Shown: piece by piece, positions 8,874 through 17,720 of the stretch | Position numbering within the stretch: the first letter of the stretch is position 1 | How the letters are laid out: the number at the start of each line of letters is the position of its first letter | Assembly: GCA_016794805.1 (NCBI GenBank) | Contig: JAEUJI010000033.1 | Location: 4,769 to 68,768, forward strand | DNA: 64,000 bases | Source of the DNA: Gemmatimonadota bacterium | Lineage (GTDB): Bacteria > Gemmatimonadota > Gemmatimonadetes > Gemmatimonadales > GWC2-71-9 | Reading direction: 5' to 3' | Made by a program: the position numbers and the translations under genes | Notes under the pieces: generated by a model | Told to the model about the DNA's origin: nothing | The model's input: only the letters and a program-made list of their open reading frames with translations | Database searches by the model: none

Positions 8874-9473
8874 TCAGCCACCCACCGGGCGCCGCGCCCG
8901 GCCGGCCTGGCTGTAGTCCCAGATGGCATAGAGCGCGATGGCGCCGGTGGCCCAGGCCAGGGGCCGGAGCAACGGACTGCCGGTGAGGAACGCGACGAGG
9001 GTCAGGAGCTGGGCCACCGTCACCGCCTTCCCGCCCAGCCGGGCGGGGATGGCCATCGGGCGGCCGGAGAAGAGCGTGACCAGGAACGCGATCGTGGCGA
9101 CGAGGTCGCGGATCAGCACTCCGCCGATCTCGTACCAGGCCAGCGCCCCCGACGCCGCGACCACGATGAACGCGGCCAGCATGAAGAGCTTGTCGGCCAC
9201 GGGATCGATGAAGCCACCGAAGCGGGAACTGCCGATGCGCCGGGCGAGAAAGCCGTCCAGCAAGTCGGTGGCGGCGGCGACGGCGAGGATCACGAGGCGC
9301 CAGTCCGCCCGCGGCACCAGCAGGAAGGCCGCGGCGAGCGGCAGCCGGGCGAGCGTAAGCGCATCCGCCACCGTGAATCGCCCGGCAGTCGGTGACGGCT
9401 GACCTTGCTCCCCCCCGGGCCGGGGACTACCTTGGGCTTCCGGGTCGGCAGGAAGGTCGCGTCGCCCGTCCAT
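8874..9473 (-). CDS. CDP-alcohol phosphatidyltransferase
   Basis: DLLDGFLARRIGSSRFGGFIDPVAD matches DG(x)2AR(x)8G(x)3D(x)3D. Multi-TM. Confidence 0.85.
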   Translation of the reverse strand: MDGRRDLPADPEAQGSPRPGGEQGQPSPTAGRFTVADALTLARLPLAAAFLLVPRADWRLVILAVAAATDLLDGFLARRIGSSRFGGFIDPVADKLFMLAAFIVVAASGALAWYEIGGVLIRDLVATIAFLVTLFSGRPMAIPARLGGKAVTVAQLLTLVAFLTGSPLLRPLAWATGAIALYAIWDYSQAGRARRPVGG

Positions 9474-9498
9474 TGCTCACCCTCCACCGGTCACGACC

Positions 9499-9957
9499 AT
9501 GGACCTTCAGCTCCTGAAGAAGACGGCCATCTTCGCAGACCTGGACGAGGGTGAACTTGCGCGGGTCGCGGAAATCTGCAAGGAGCAGAAGTACCAGGGC
9601 GGCCAGTACGTCTTCAAGGAAGGGGAGCCGGGCAACCGGTTCTACATCATCGTGGCCGGCGAAGTGCGCATCAGCCGCAACATCCCGGGCTCCGGCGAGG
9701 AAGCGCTCGCCGTGCTGCAGCCGGGGAGCTGTTTCGGCGAGATGGCGGTCTTCGACCGCTCCGAGCGCAGCACCGACGCGATCGCCAACGGCCCCGTCAC
9801 CCTGATGACGATCTCCCGCCCCGATTTCGAGATCCTGCTCGATTTCAACCGGGACATGGCCTACAAGATCCTCTGGTCCATGGTGCGGCTGCTCTCCTCC
9901 CGGCTGCGGGTCACCAACGACAACCTCCGCTCCCTCCTGGCCATCTCGATGTTCTAG
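9499..9957 (+). CDS. stand-alone cyclic-nucleotide-binding domain protein
   Basis: FKEGEPGNRFYIIVAGEVRI...GSCFGEMAVF...RSTDAIA; 152 aa with no HTH. Confidence 0.85.
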   Translation: MDLQLLKKTAIFADLDEGELARVAEICKEQKYQGGQYVFKEGEPGNRFYIIVAGEVRISRNIPGSGEEALAVLQPGSCFGEMAVFDRSERSTDAIANGPVTLMTISRPDFEILLDFNRDMAYKILWSMVRLLSSRLRVTNDNLRSLLAISMF

Positions 9958-9960
9958 CGC

Positions 9961-10000
9961 GGCGGCTCGGCCGGCCGCCGAGCCACCGGGCCGCCGAGCC
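9961..10000. repeat. GC-rich tandem or inverted repeat (GGCCGCCGAGCC x2 with an inverted GGCGGCTCGGCC)
   Basis: Read directly from the sequence between the cNMP gene stop and GTG 10005. It shares the GCCGAGCC core with the coding repeat at 23329-23360. Confidence 0.7.
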
Positions 10001-10004
10001 CCAC

Positions 10005-10310
10005 GTGCAGCACGCCCTCACCGAACTGACCGGCATCACCGCCCCCACGCTCGCGGACGAGCAGGCCCTGGCCGCGCTCGCCATCGCGGCCGCCGGGGCG
10101 CTCGGCCTCACCCCCCACGGGCCGCCCACCACGCGCACCGGCCCGCAGGGCATCGCGGTCGGCCTGCTGGGCCACGGCGGCCACGTGATCCTTCACGCCC
10201 GTCCCGCCAGCGGCTCCTGCCTGGTGGATGTAGTCACCCCGAACACCACGCCGCCCAGCCGCGCCCTCGACGTGGTGGCGCGCCGCCTCGGCGTCGCCGC
10301 CACTCCCTGA
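10005..10310 (+). CDS. AdoMet-decarboxylase-fold-like protein lacking the Glu-Ser self-cleavage site (tentative)
   Basis: GIAVGLLGHGGHVILHARPASGSCLVDVVT resembles SpeH [28 protein letters not shown], but ES is replaced by HGG. GTG start. Confidence 0.4.
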   Translation: MQHALTELTGITAPTLADEQALAALAIAAAGALGLTPHGPPTTRTGPQGIAVGLLGHGGHVILHARPASGSCLVDVVTPNTTPPSRALDVVARRLGVAATP

Positions 10311-10333
10311 CCCCCGTCTCGCCGAGCCGACCC

Positions 10334-10768
10334 ATGCTCAAGGAATCTCCCGACCACCTCGACGCGGACCTGGTCCTCAAGATCTACGACCTGCGCCGCG
10401 AAGCCGTGATGCGCGAGTCGCGCGATGCGATCAACCGCGATTACTGGCCCCGGACCAGCGAGGAAGCGACCGGCGTGCTGCGCTCCGACCACCCGCTCAA
10501 CCGCGCCTGGCGCCAGACCACCGGCTACTGGGAGATGGTGTACAGCATGGCGCGGCATGGCATCATCCAGGGCGATTTCCTGGTGGAGAACAACACCGAG
10601 GGCCTCTTCCTGTTCGCCCGGGTGGAGCCGTACCTGGCGGAGATCCGCGGGCTCTCCAGCGCGCGGGCGTTCCGCAACACCGAGTGGATCGCCCGGGAGA
10701 CCGAGTCCGGCCGGACGCTTGCGGACTACTATCGCGCCCGGGTGGCCAAGGCGCTCGCCGCCCGGTGA
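10334..10768 (+). CDS. hypothetical protein (144 aa)
   Basis: Clean ORF with coding-like composition. No family recognised. Confidence 0.55.
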   Translation: MLKESPDHLDADLVLKIYDLRREAVMRESRDAINRDYWPRTSEEATGVLRSDHPLNRAWRQTTGYWEMVYSMARHGIIQGDFLVENNTEGLFLFARVEPYLAEIRGLSSARAFRNTEWIARETESGRTLADYYRARVAKALAAR

Positions 10769-11499
10769 TCCACCGCTACCGGAGCCTCGACGCGGCGCTC
10801 ATCGTCGGCACCGCCCACACGCTGGGGCGGCGCATCGGGGAGCGCTTTCCCCAGTCTGGCCTCTCCCGGGTCGCCGTCGAGCTGGCGCAGGTGGCGGAGG
10901 AAACCAGCGCCCGGATCGCCGCCCTGCGCCAGCCCCGCTGGGGCATCCGCCTGGCCACCGGGGTGGTCGTGCTCCTGCTGCTGACGGTCGCGGCGTTCGC
11001 GATCGCCGCCATGCGCCGGCCGGCCTCGCTCACCGATCTCGGCGCCTTCGTGCAGCTGCTCGAATCCGCCATCAACGACGTGGTGTTCCTCGGCATCGCC
11101 ATCGCCTTCCTGGTCACGATCGAGGGGCGGCTGCGGCGGAAGGAAGCCCTGGCCGCCCTGCACGAGCTGCGCAGCCTGGTCCACATCGTGGACATGCACC
11201 AGCTCACCAAGGATCCGGACCAGTTCCTCTCCGACCGGGCCGCGACGACCTCGTCCCCCGAGCGGTTGCTCACCCCGGGCCAGCTGACCCGCTACCTGGA
11301 CTACTGCTCGGAGATGCTGTCGATCGCCGGCAAGGTGGCGGCGCTCTACGCCCAGCAGCTCGATGATCCGGTGGTCCTCGCCGCGGTGAACGAATTGGAG
11401 GAACTCACCACCGGCCTCTCGAGCAAGATCTGGCAGAAGATCGTCATCCTGGGCACGACGGTTCGCGCCCCGCTGGGCCATGCCGGCCACCCCGGGTGA
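10765..11499 (+). CDS. hypothetical membrane protein (2 TM plus a helical cytosolic domain)
   Basis: GTGA start/stop overlap with the upstream ORF. TM helices GIRLATGVVVLLLLTVAAFAIAAM and VVFLGIAIAFLVTI. The track ORF start at 10684 lies inside the previous gene. Confidence 0.55.
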   Translation: MIHRYRSLDAALIVGTAHTLGRRIGERFPQSGLSRVAVELAQVAEETSARIAALRQPRWGIRLATGVVVLLLLTVAAFAIAAMRRPASLTDLGAFVQLLESAINDVVFLGIAIAFLVTIEGRLRRKEALAALHELRSLVHIVDMHQLTKDPDQFLSDRAATTSSPERLLTPGQLTRYLDYCSEMLSIAGKVAALYAQQLDDPVVLAAVNELEELTTGLSSKIWQKIVILGTTVRAPLGHAGHPG

Positions 11500-11818
11500 G
11501 CGGCGGGGGTGTTGCCGCGCGTCCCTCCGGGTGGGGGACCGCGCCACACCCCAGGTCCGGCCCTCGGGCAGGGGCCGAACGTTGAACGCCACCCGGGCCC
11601 GGAAACCCTGCGGATCATGTTGCGGGACAATGGCTTAGTCGGGGCATCCGGAACGCGGCGCCGAGGCCCGCCTGGGCGACCCCAATGGGTCCACGGGCAC
11701 GCAAGTTGAATCACCACAATCACTGAACAGGGCAGTCATCGCCCCCGCTCTGCACCGGCGGGGGTGCCAGCACAACCAAGACTCGACCTAAGCGCCACGG
11801 CCCGATCGGGTTACCACG

Positions 11819-11834
11819 TGGCACCGCGGGGGCT
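11819..11834 (+). promoter_or_regulatory. weak candidate sigma-54 promoter
   Basis: TGGCAC-CGCGG-GGGCT. The -24 element is perfect; the -12 keeps only the GC. It lies 41 nt upstream of ATG 11875. Confidence 0.25.
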
Positions 11835-11874
11835 CCGCTCCCCAGGTGCCAGCGGCGAGGGAACAGGACACGGC

Positions 11875-12363
11875 ATGAAGGTTCTGCTGCAATACGCCCC
11901 GATGGTTGGCGTTCCTCTCCTCGGAGTAGCGCTCGCCCTGCGGGTGGGGACCCATCTCACGGCGCCGCCTTCTGTCGGCGGCGCCTGGCGCGTCGTGGAG
12001 AGCCGGGACCCGGGTCCGGCCTGCCCCGCCCTCACCGCGCTCGGCGAGATTCGGGACCTCCGCATCGCGCAGTCCGGCCCGGGGATCCGGGTGCTGCTGC
12101 GCGGGGAGCTCGGCACAGCCCTGCTCACCGGGAGTCTCGAGCACTGGCCCGACTCGGCGGGAGAACGGGCGGGGACTCCGATCCAGTTGCGGGCCGCCTC
12201 CGAGACCCTGAGCCTCACCGGAGACGTGCGCCGGGATTCCCTGCCCGCCCGCGTTCGCGTGGATCTCACCGAGCCGGCCTGCGGTACCCAGCCGGCCCGC
12301 CAGCTGATCGCCCACCTGGGCGGACCGGCCGGCACCGGGCCGCGGAGCACCAAGCAGCCATGA
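11875..12363 (+). CDS. hypothetical exported protein
   Basis: MKVLLQYAPMVGVPLLGVALALRVG is a hydrophobic N-terminus. ATGA overlap with the antiporter gene. Confidence 0.5.
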   Translation: MKVLLQYAPMVGVPLLGVALALRVGTHLTAPPSVGGAWRVVESRDPGPACPALTALGEIRDLRIAQSGPGIRVLLRGELGTALLTGSLEHWPDSAGERAGTPIQLRAASETLSLTGDVRRDSLPARVRVDLTEPACGTQPARQLIAHLGGPAGTGPRSTKQP

Positions 12364-13655
12364 CCAATCTCTCCACCCTCCTGCTGCAGATCGCGCTGAT
12401 CATCGTGTTCGCGCGCTCCATCGGGGTGGTCTTCCGGTACTTCGGACAGCCGCAGGTGGTGGGGGAGATGGCGGCGGGCATCGTGCTCGGCCCGTCGGTG
12501 CTGGGCTGGGCCGCACCGGGGCTGTCGGCCACGCTCTTCCCGCCGGCGAGCCTGGGGCAGTTGAGCGCGCTGAGCCAGGTGGGGCTGATCGCCTTCATGT
12601 TCCTGGTGGGGCTGGAGCTCGACCCGAAGGTGATGCGAGGCCGAGGGCACACGGCGCTGCTCACGAGCCAGGTGAGCATCGTGGTGCCCTTCTGCCTGGG
12701 AACGGCGCTGGCGCTGTACCTCTACCCGCGGCTCTCCGACGACAGCGTCACCTTCACGAATTTCGCGCTGTTCGTCGGTATCTCCATGAGCGTGACCGCC
12801 TTTCCGGTGCTGGCCCGGATCCTGGCGGAGCGGAACCTGTTCCATCACCCGGTGGGGGCGCTGGCGCTGGCCTGCGCCGCCCTGGGTGATGTCACCGCCT
12901 GGTGCCTGCTGGCGGCGGTGGTGGCCGCGGTCCGCGCGGGGGAGGGCTCAACCCCGCTCTGGCTCACGATCGGCGGTTCCGCGCTTTATGCGGGCTTCAT
13001 GATCTTCGTGGCGCGACCGGGGCTCCGCTGGCTGCAGCGGGTGTATGAGCGGCGAGGCCGGGTCTCCCAGGACCTGCTGGGATTCGTGCTGCTGCTGGTG
13101 CTGGCGTCCGCCTGGACCACGGAGCACCTGGGCATCCACGCCCTGTTCGGCGCCTTCCTGGTGGGCGCGATCCTGCCCAAGGATCCCGCTTTCGTCCGGG
13201 CCGTGACCGAGCGAATCGAGGACCTGGTCGTGGTGCTGCTGCTGCCGCTGTTCTTCGCCTTCAGCGGGCTGCGGACCAGCATCGCGCTGGTGAGCGGCAC
13301 GGAGGCCTGGCTCATGACCGGGCTGATTGTACTGCTGGCCGTGGCCGGCAAGTTCGGCGGCTCCCTGATCGCGGCCCGCGTCGGCGGCATGGGCTGGCGG
13401 GAAGCGGGCGCCATCGGCGCCCTGATGAACACCCGCGGGCTGGTGGAACTGGTGGTGCTCAACCTGGGCCTGGACATCGGGGTCATTTCCCCGGCCCTCT
13501 TCACCATGATGGTGATCATGGCGCTGGTCACCACCCTGATGACCAAGCCGCTGCTCGAACTGATCTACCCGGCCCGCCGCTTCGAGGCGGAGACGGACGA
13601 GTTCGCCGTGCCGGAGCCGGCCAGCCGGAACCCCGCGGCCACCGGCGCCGCCTGA
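12360..13655 (+). CDS. cation:proton antiporter (CPA2 family)
   Basis: 431 aa, about 12 TM; RYFGQPQVVGEMAAGIVLGPS is a Na_H_exchanger-type N-terminus. Confidence 0.9.
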   Translation: MTNLSTLLLQIALIIVFARSIGVVFRYFGQPQVVGEMAAGIVLGPSVLGWAAPGLSATLFPPASLGQLSALSQVGLIAFMFLVGLELDPKVMRGRGHTALLTSQVSIVVPFCLGTALALYLYPRLSDDSVTFTNFALFVGISMSVTAFPVLARILAERNLFHHPVGALALACAALGDVTAWCLLAAVVAAVRAGEGSTPLWLTIGGSALYAGFMIFVARPGLRWLQRVYERRGRVSQDLLGFVLLLVLASAWTTEHLGIHALFGAFLVGAILPKDPAFVRAVTERIEDLVVVLLLPLFFAFSGLRTSIALVSGTEAWLMTGLIVLLAVAGKFGGSLIAARVGGMGWREAGAIGALMNTRGLVELVVLNLGLDIGVISPALFTMMVIMALVTTLMTKPLLELIYPARRFEAETDEFAVPEPASRNPAATGAA

Positions 13656-13667
13656 ACGACCCTGACC

Positions 13668-13687
13668 GGCCTCCCACCCGGGAGGCC
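13668..13687 (+). terminator. GC hairpin after the antiporter gene (no T-tract)
   Basis: GGCCTCCC-ACCC-GGGAGGCC. Confidence 0.35.
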
Positions 13688-13708
13688 CAAACCTTGAGGA
13701 GTGGACGG

Positions 13709-15061
13709 ATGGACCTGGCACCTGACTATGACGTGGGGATCATCGGCGCGGGTCCCGCGGGCTCGGGACTGGCCTGCTACCTGGCCAAGGCGGGGGTGCG
13801 CTGCGTGGTGTTCGAGCGCGAGCTCTTTCCCCGGCCCCACGTGGGCGAGTCGCTGGTTCCGTCCTCCAACCGCGTCTTCAAGGACCTCGACTTCCTGAAG
13901 GTGATGGAGGCGGAGCGGTTCCCCCACAAGTTCGGGGCGGTGTGGACCGCGACCGGCGGGCGGCGGGAGTTCGAGCACGGCTGGGAGGGGCTGGAGGTGG
14001 ACAGCACCGCCGACATCCGCTTCGAGGAGCGCAAGCAGCAGGGGGTGGACCAGAACTACACCTACCACGTCGATCGCGGCAAGTTCGACAACCTCCTGCT
14101 GCACCACGCCCGGAGCTTCGGCGCCGACGTCTTCGAGGGCGTCGCGGTGCGCGACGTCAACTTCGACGGCCCCTTCCCCGAGATCCGCTACCAGCTGGGC
14201 CAGCGTGAGATCGGCTGCCGGGTGCGCATCGTCGCCGACGCGAGCGGCCGCCGCACCTTCCTCGGCAACCGGCTGAAGCTCAAGCTCAAGGACGAGGTGT
14301 TCGACCAGTACGCCATCCACACCTGGTTCGATGGGCTCGATCGCACCGCCACCATGGGCAAGGGCTCGACCCAGAAGGGCGACTACATCTACGTCCACTT
14401 CCTGCCCATCAGCAACAGCTGGGTGTGGCAGATCCCGATCACCGACACCATCACCAGCGTCGGCGTGGTGACGCAGAAGAAGCACTTCGCCAAGGCCAAG
14501 TCGGAACGGGAGGAGTTCTTCTGGCACGCCGTGAGCAGCCGCCCGGAGCTGCACGACGCGCTGCGCAAGTCGGCCCAGATCCGCCCCTTCACCGATGAGG
14601 GCGACTACAGCTACGCCATGCAGCAGATCGCCGGCGATGGCTGGGTCATGGTGGGGGACGCCGGCCGCTTCGTGGACCCGATCTTCTCCACCGGCGTGAG
14701 CATCGCGCTCAACAGCGCCCGCTTCCTGCACACCGACATCATCAACGCGCTCAAGACCGGCAATACGAAGCGGGAGGCCTTCGCGACCTACGAGGCGACG
14801 CTCCGCCGCGGCACCAAGAACTGGTACAACTTCATCTCGGTCTACTACCGGCTGAACGTGCTGTTCACCGCGTTCATCCGCGACCCGCGCTACCGCCTCG
14901 ACGTGCTCAAGCTGCTGCAGGGCGACGTGTACGACGAGGAGGAGCCCGAGGTGCTGACCCGGATGCGGGCCATCGTGAGCGAGGTCGAGAACAACCCCAA
15001 GCACCCCTGGCACAACCTGCTGGGCGACCTGACCTCCAACGCCTTCAAGCCGGCGTTCTGA
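13709..15061 (+). CDS. FAD-dependent halogenase-like oxidoreductase
   Basis: GIIGAGPAGSG dinucleotide fold, Lys in PHKFGAVW, WxWxIP motif (SWVWQIPI), and GDAGRFVDPIFSTG. Confidence 0.7.
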   Translation: MDLAPDYDVGIIGAGPAGSGLACYLAKAGVRCVVFERELFPRPHVGESLVPSSNRVFKDLDFLKVMEAERFPHKFGAVWTATGGRREFEHGWEGLEVDSTADIRFEERKQQGVDQNYTYHVDRGKFDNLLLHHARSFGADVFEGVAVRDVNFDGPFPEIRYQLGQREIGCRVRIVADASGRRTFLGNRLKLKLKDEVFDQYAIHTWFDGLDRTATMGKGSTQKGDYIYVHFLPISNSWVWQIPITDTITSVGVVTQKKHFAKAKSEREEFFWHAVSSRPELHDALRKSAQIRPFTDEGDYSYAMQQIAGDGWVMVGDAGRFVDPIFSTGVSIALNSARFLHTDIINALKTGNTKREAFATYEATLRRGTKNWYNFISVYYRLNVLFTAFIRDPRYRLDVLKLLQGDVYDEEEPEVLTRMRAIVSEVENNPKHPWHNLLGDLTSNAFKPAF

Positions 15062-15067
15062 CCGCGG

Positions 15068-17701
15068 CTACTTCCCGCCGCCGGTCCCCCGTACCACCCC
15101 CTCGGCCCGGAGCGACTCCGGGCCGAGGGTCGTTTCGGCCACCGCGCGCACCGCCTCGGCGGTGACCGCCCGGTAGCGCTCCGCGGGAGCGGCCAGCTCC
15201 CCCAGCCCCTCCCCCGCCAGCCACGCCTCCAGCACCTCCCCGGCCACCGCGCCCGCGCGCTGTCGCTGCACCTCGGTCTGGCCGGCGAGGTAATTCACCG
15301 CCTGCGCCAGCTCCTCCGGCGTCACCCGTTCGGCGGCGAACCGGGACAGCTCCACGAGCATCTCCCGCCGCGCCTCCTCCTCCCGCTCCGGTCCGGTGGC
15401 GATGTAGGCGAGGAACGCGCCAGCCCGCGCCTTCTGCCAGCTGGAAGCGACCACCGTGTAGGCCAGGGAGCGGCGGTCGCGCAGCGCCTCGAACAGCCGC
15501 CCGCCGAGCCCGCTCGCCACCGCGCTCCACACTTCCGCCGCGTGCCGCGCGGGATCCCGGCGGGAGGGCCCGGGGAACGCCATTGCAAACGCCGACTGAG
15601 CCTTCTGCCGCACGCTCACCCGGGGAGCCGTCCCCGGTCCGACCCGCCAGGGCACCGGCGTGACCAGCGGGGCACTGACCCGGGTGGCGCCGTCGTCGAA
15701 CACCCCCGCAAGCAACCCGAGGGCGGCCTCCGGGTCCAGGTCTCCCACCGCCACGACGACCCCGCGCGGCGCCAGCAGCGCGCGCCCATGCCAGGCGCGC
15801 ACCTGCTCGGGCGTGAGGTTGGCCAGTTCCTCCGGCGTGCCGAGTGACGGCACCCCGTAGCCCTGGTCGCCGAAGGCCGCGCCGAATGCCAGCTGGAAGG
15901 GATACCGGAACATGTCATCGGTGACCTGGGTCGTCTCCTCGACCAGCAGGCCGCGCTCCGCCAGCACCTGGGATTCCTCGAACCGGGGCGCGGTGAGGAC
16001 CAGGTGCAGCAGCCGCCCCGCCTCGCCGATGGCGGGGGCCAGCACCGAGGTCCCGAAGCCCAGCCAGTCGAGGGTGATGCTGGTGGTGAGGGTACCGCCG
16101 AGGCGCTCGAGGGCGAACGCGAGGCTCGCGGCATCGAGGTCGCCGGCGCCGCGCACCGCGCTCCGGACGGCCAGCGCGCTCACCCCCGCCTGCCCGGAGG
16201 GGTCGAAGGCGGCGCGCGGCACGTAGGTGCCCAGGGTCACCAGCGGCACCCCGGGCTTCCGCCGGACCAGCAGGTCGAAGCCCGGGAGCGCCACGTGATG
16301 CACCTCGGCCACGGGCGCGGTGCGCGGGACGTGGACCGGCCGCACCGGCGGGCTGGTCGTTCCGGCGGCCGGGCCGGGTTCAGCACCCGTTCCGTCCGAA
16401 GCCGAAAAGGTGGCGCCGAGCTCGGCTCCGGTCAGGTCGGCGCCGCGCCCGCGGGGCTGGAAGATCACGGCGCTCACGGCGCCGGGATCGAGGATCGAGG
16501 CCGCGGCCTCGCGGACCTGCCCCGCGGTCGCGGCCAGGAGCTGGGCGAATTCACGGTCCAGCAGCCGGTAGTCACCCAGGGCCTCGGCGCCGGCGAGCGA
16601 TGCCGCCCGGCCGTCCATCTCCTCGAGCCCCCGGGACCAGCGGGCCACGAGCAGCGTGCGGGCGCGGTCGAGTTCCTCAGCGGACGGCCCCTGCTCCGTC
16701 AGCCGGCGGGTTTCCCGGGCCACGGCCGCGAGCACCTGCGGCACCCGGTCGGGGTCGCAATCGGCGCCTACCGAGAAGACGCCCAGTTCGGTCGGGGAGT
16801 AGTGCCAGGCGTTCACCGACGTGGCGAGTCCGGTCTCCCGCAGCGCGCGATAGAGCCAGCTGCCCCGGCCGGCCCCAAGCACGCCGGCGGCGAGATCGAG
16901 CGGGATCGCCCGCTCGTCGAGGGCCGGCACGCCGCGCCAGCCGACTGCGACCTCGGCCTGGGTCACGTCACCGCGCAGGGTGCGCGCCCGGACCTCGTGC
17001 CGGGGCGGCTCGGCCGGCGAGGGATCCACCGCCCCGGGGCCGGGAGCCCAGCCGCCGTAGGCCGCGCGGCCCAGGCGCAGGGCCTCCTCCTCGTCCACGT
17101 CGCCCACGATGGCCACGATGGTGCGGCTGGGGACGTAGCGGGAGGCGTAGTACCCGTGCACGTCCGCGCGGGTGAAGCCCGCAAGCTGCTGCTCGTACCC
17201 GATGCGCCAGCGGCGGATGCGGTGCCGGTCGTACATCACCTCGTGCAGCGTCTCCGCGGTGACGGCGCCGGGGTGATCGAGCTTCCGCTTGGCCTCCTGG
17301 ATGATCACCTGCAGCTCGCGGGCGAGCTCGCCGGCGTCGATCGCGGCGTGCATCAGGGCATCGCTCTGGACGGCGATCGCCTCGGCCAGCCGGGCGGCGG
17401 GGAGGGCGACGTAGTAGGAGGTGTGGTCGTAGGTGGTGGAGGCGTTGAGGTAGCCTCCCACGGACTTGGTCTCCCGGGCAATCTGTCCCACCCCTCGCGT
17501 CGGCGTGCCCTTGAAGAACATGTGCTCCAGCACATGGGAGATGCCGGTCCAGGCATCCGGCTCGTCGAAGAACCCCGCCTTCACGTGGGTGACGACCGCG
17601 GCCACCGGGGCGGAGCGGTCGCGCTGCACCAGCAGGGTGAGGCCGTTGGGGAGGACCTCGCGGCGGACGGCGGCGGTCCAGGGCGGTGCAGGGGTGGTCA
17701 T
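15068..17701 (-). CDS. M16 (insulinase/pitrilysin) zinc peptidase, double-length PqqL-like form
   Basis: Inverted zinc motif HVLEH...E, two tandem M16 halves, 877 aa. I trimmed the start from 17929 to ATG 17701 (MTTPAPPW). Confidence 0.9.
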   Translation of the reverse strand: MTTPAPPWTAAVRREVLPNGLTLLVQRDRSAPVAAVVTHVKAGFFDEPDAWTGISHVLEHMFFKGTPTRGVGQIARETKSVGGYLNASTTYDHTSYYVALPAARLAEAIAVQSDALMHAAIDAGELARELQVIIQEAKRKLDHPGAVTAETLHEVMYDRHRIRRWRIGYEQQLAGFTRADVHGYYASRYVPSRTIVAIVGDVDEEEALRLGRAAYGGWAPGPGAVDPSPAEPPRHEVRARTLRGDVTQAEVAVGWRGVPALDERAIPLDLAAGVLGAGRGSWLYRALRETGLATSVNAWHYSPTELGVFSVGADCDPDRVPQVLAAVARETRRLTEQGPSAEELDRARTLLVARWSRGLEEMDGRAASLAGAEALGDYRLLDREFAQLLAATAGQVREAAASILDPGAVSAVIFQPRGRGADLTGAELGATFSASDGTGAEPGPAAGTTSPPVRPVHVPRTAPVAEVHHVALPGFDLLVRRKPGVPLVTLGTYVPRAAFDPSGQAGVSALAVRSAVRGAGDLDAASLAFALERLGGTLTTSITLDWLGFGTSVLAPAIGEAGRLLHLVLTAPRFEESQVLAERGLLVEETTQVTDDMFRYPFQLAFGAAFGDQGYGVPSLGTPEELANLTPEQVRAWHGRALLAPRGVVVAVGDLDPEAALGLLAGVFDDGATRVSAPLVTPVPWRVGPGTAPRVSVRQKAQSAFAMAFPGPSRRDPARHAAEVWSAVASGLGGRLFEALRDRRSLAYTVVASSWQKARAGAFLAYIATGPEREEEARREMLVELSRFAAERVTPEELAQAVNYLAGQTEVQRQRAGAVAGEVLEAWLAGEGLGELAAPAERYRAVTAEAVRAVAETTLGPESLRAEGVVRGTGGGK

Positions 17702-17720
17702 GATGGAAGGGTAAGGGGGA

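Noticed and set aside
11668-11678. CCGCCTGGGCG, reminiscent of the conserved 3' sub-domain of the ZTP (pfl) riboswitch.
   Set aside because: The upstream sequence lacks the matching 5' sub-domain and pseudoknot partner. The downstream genes (a hypothetical protein and a CPA2 antiporter) are not purine or folate genes.
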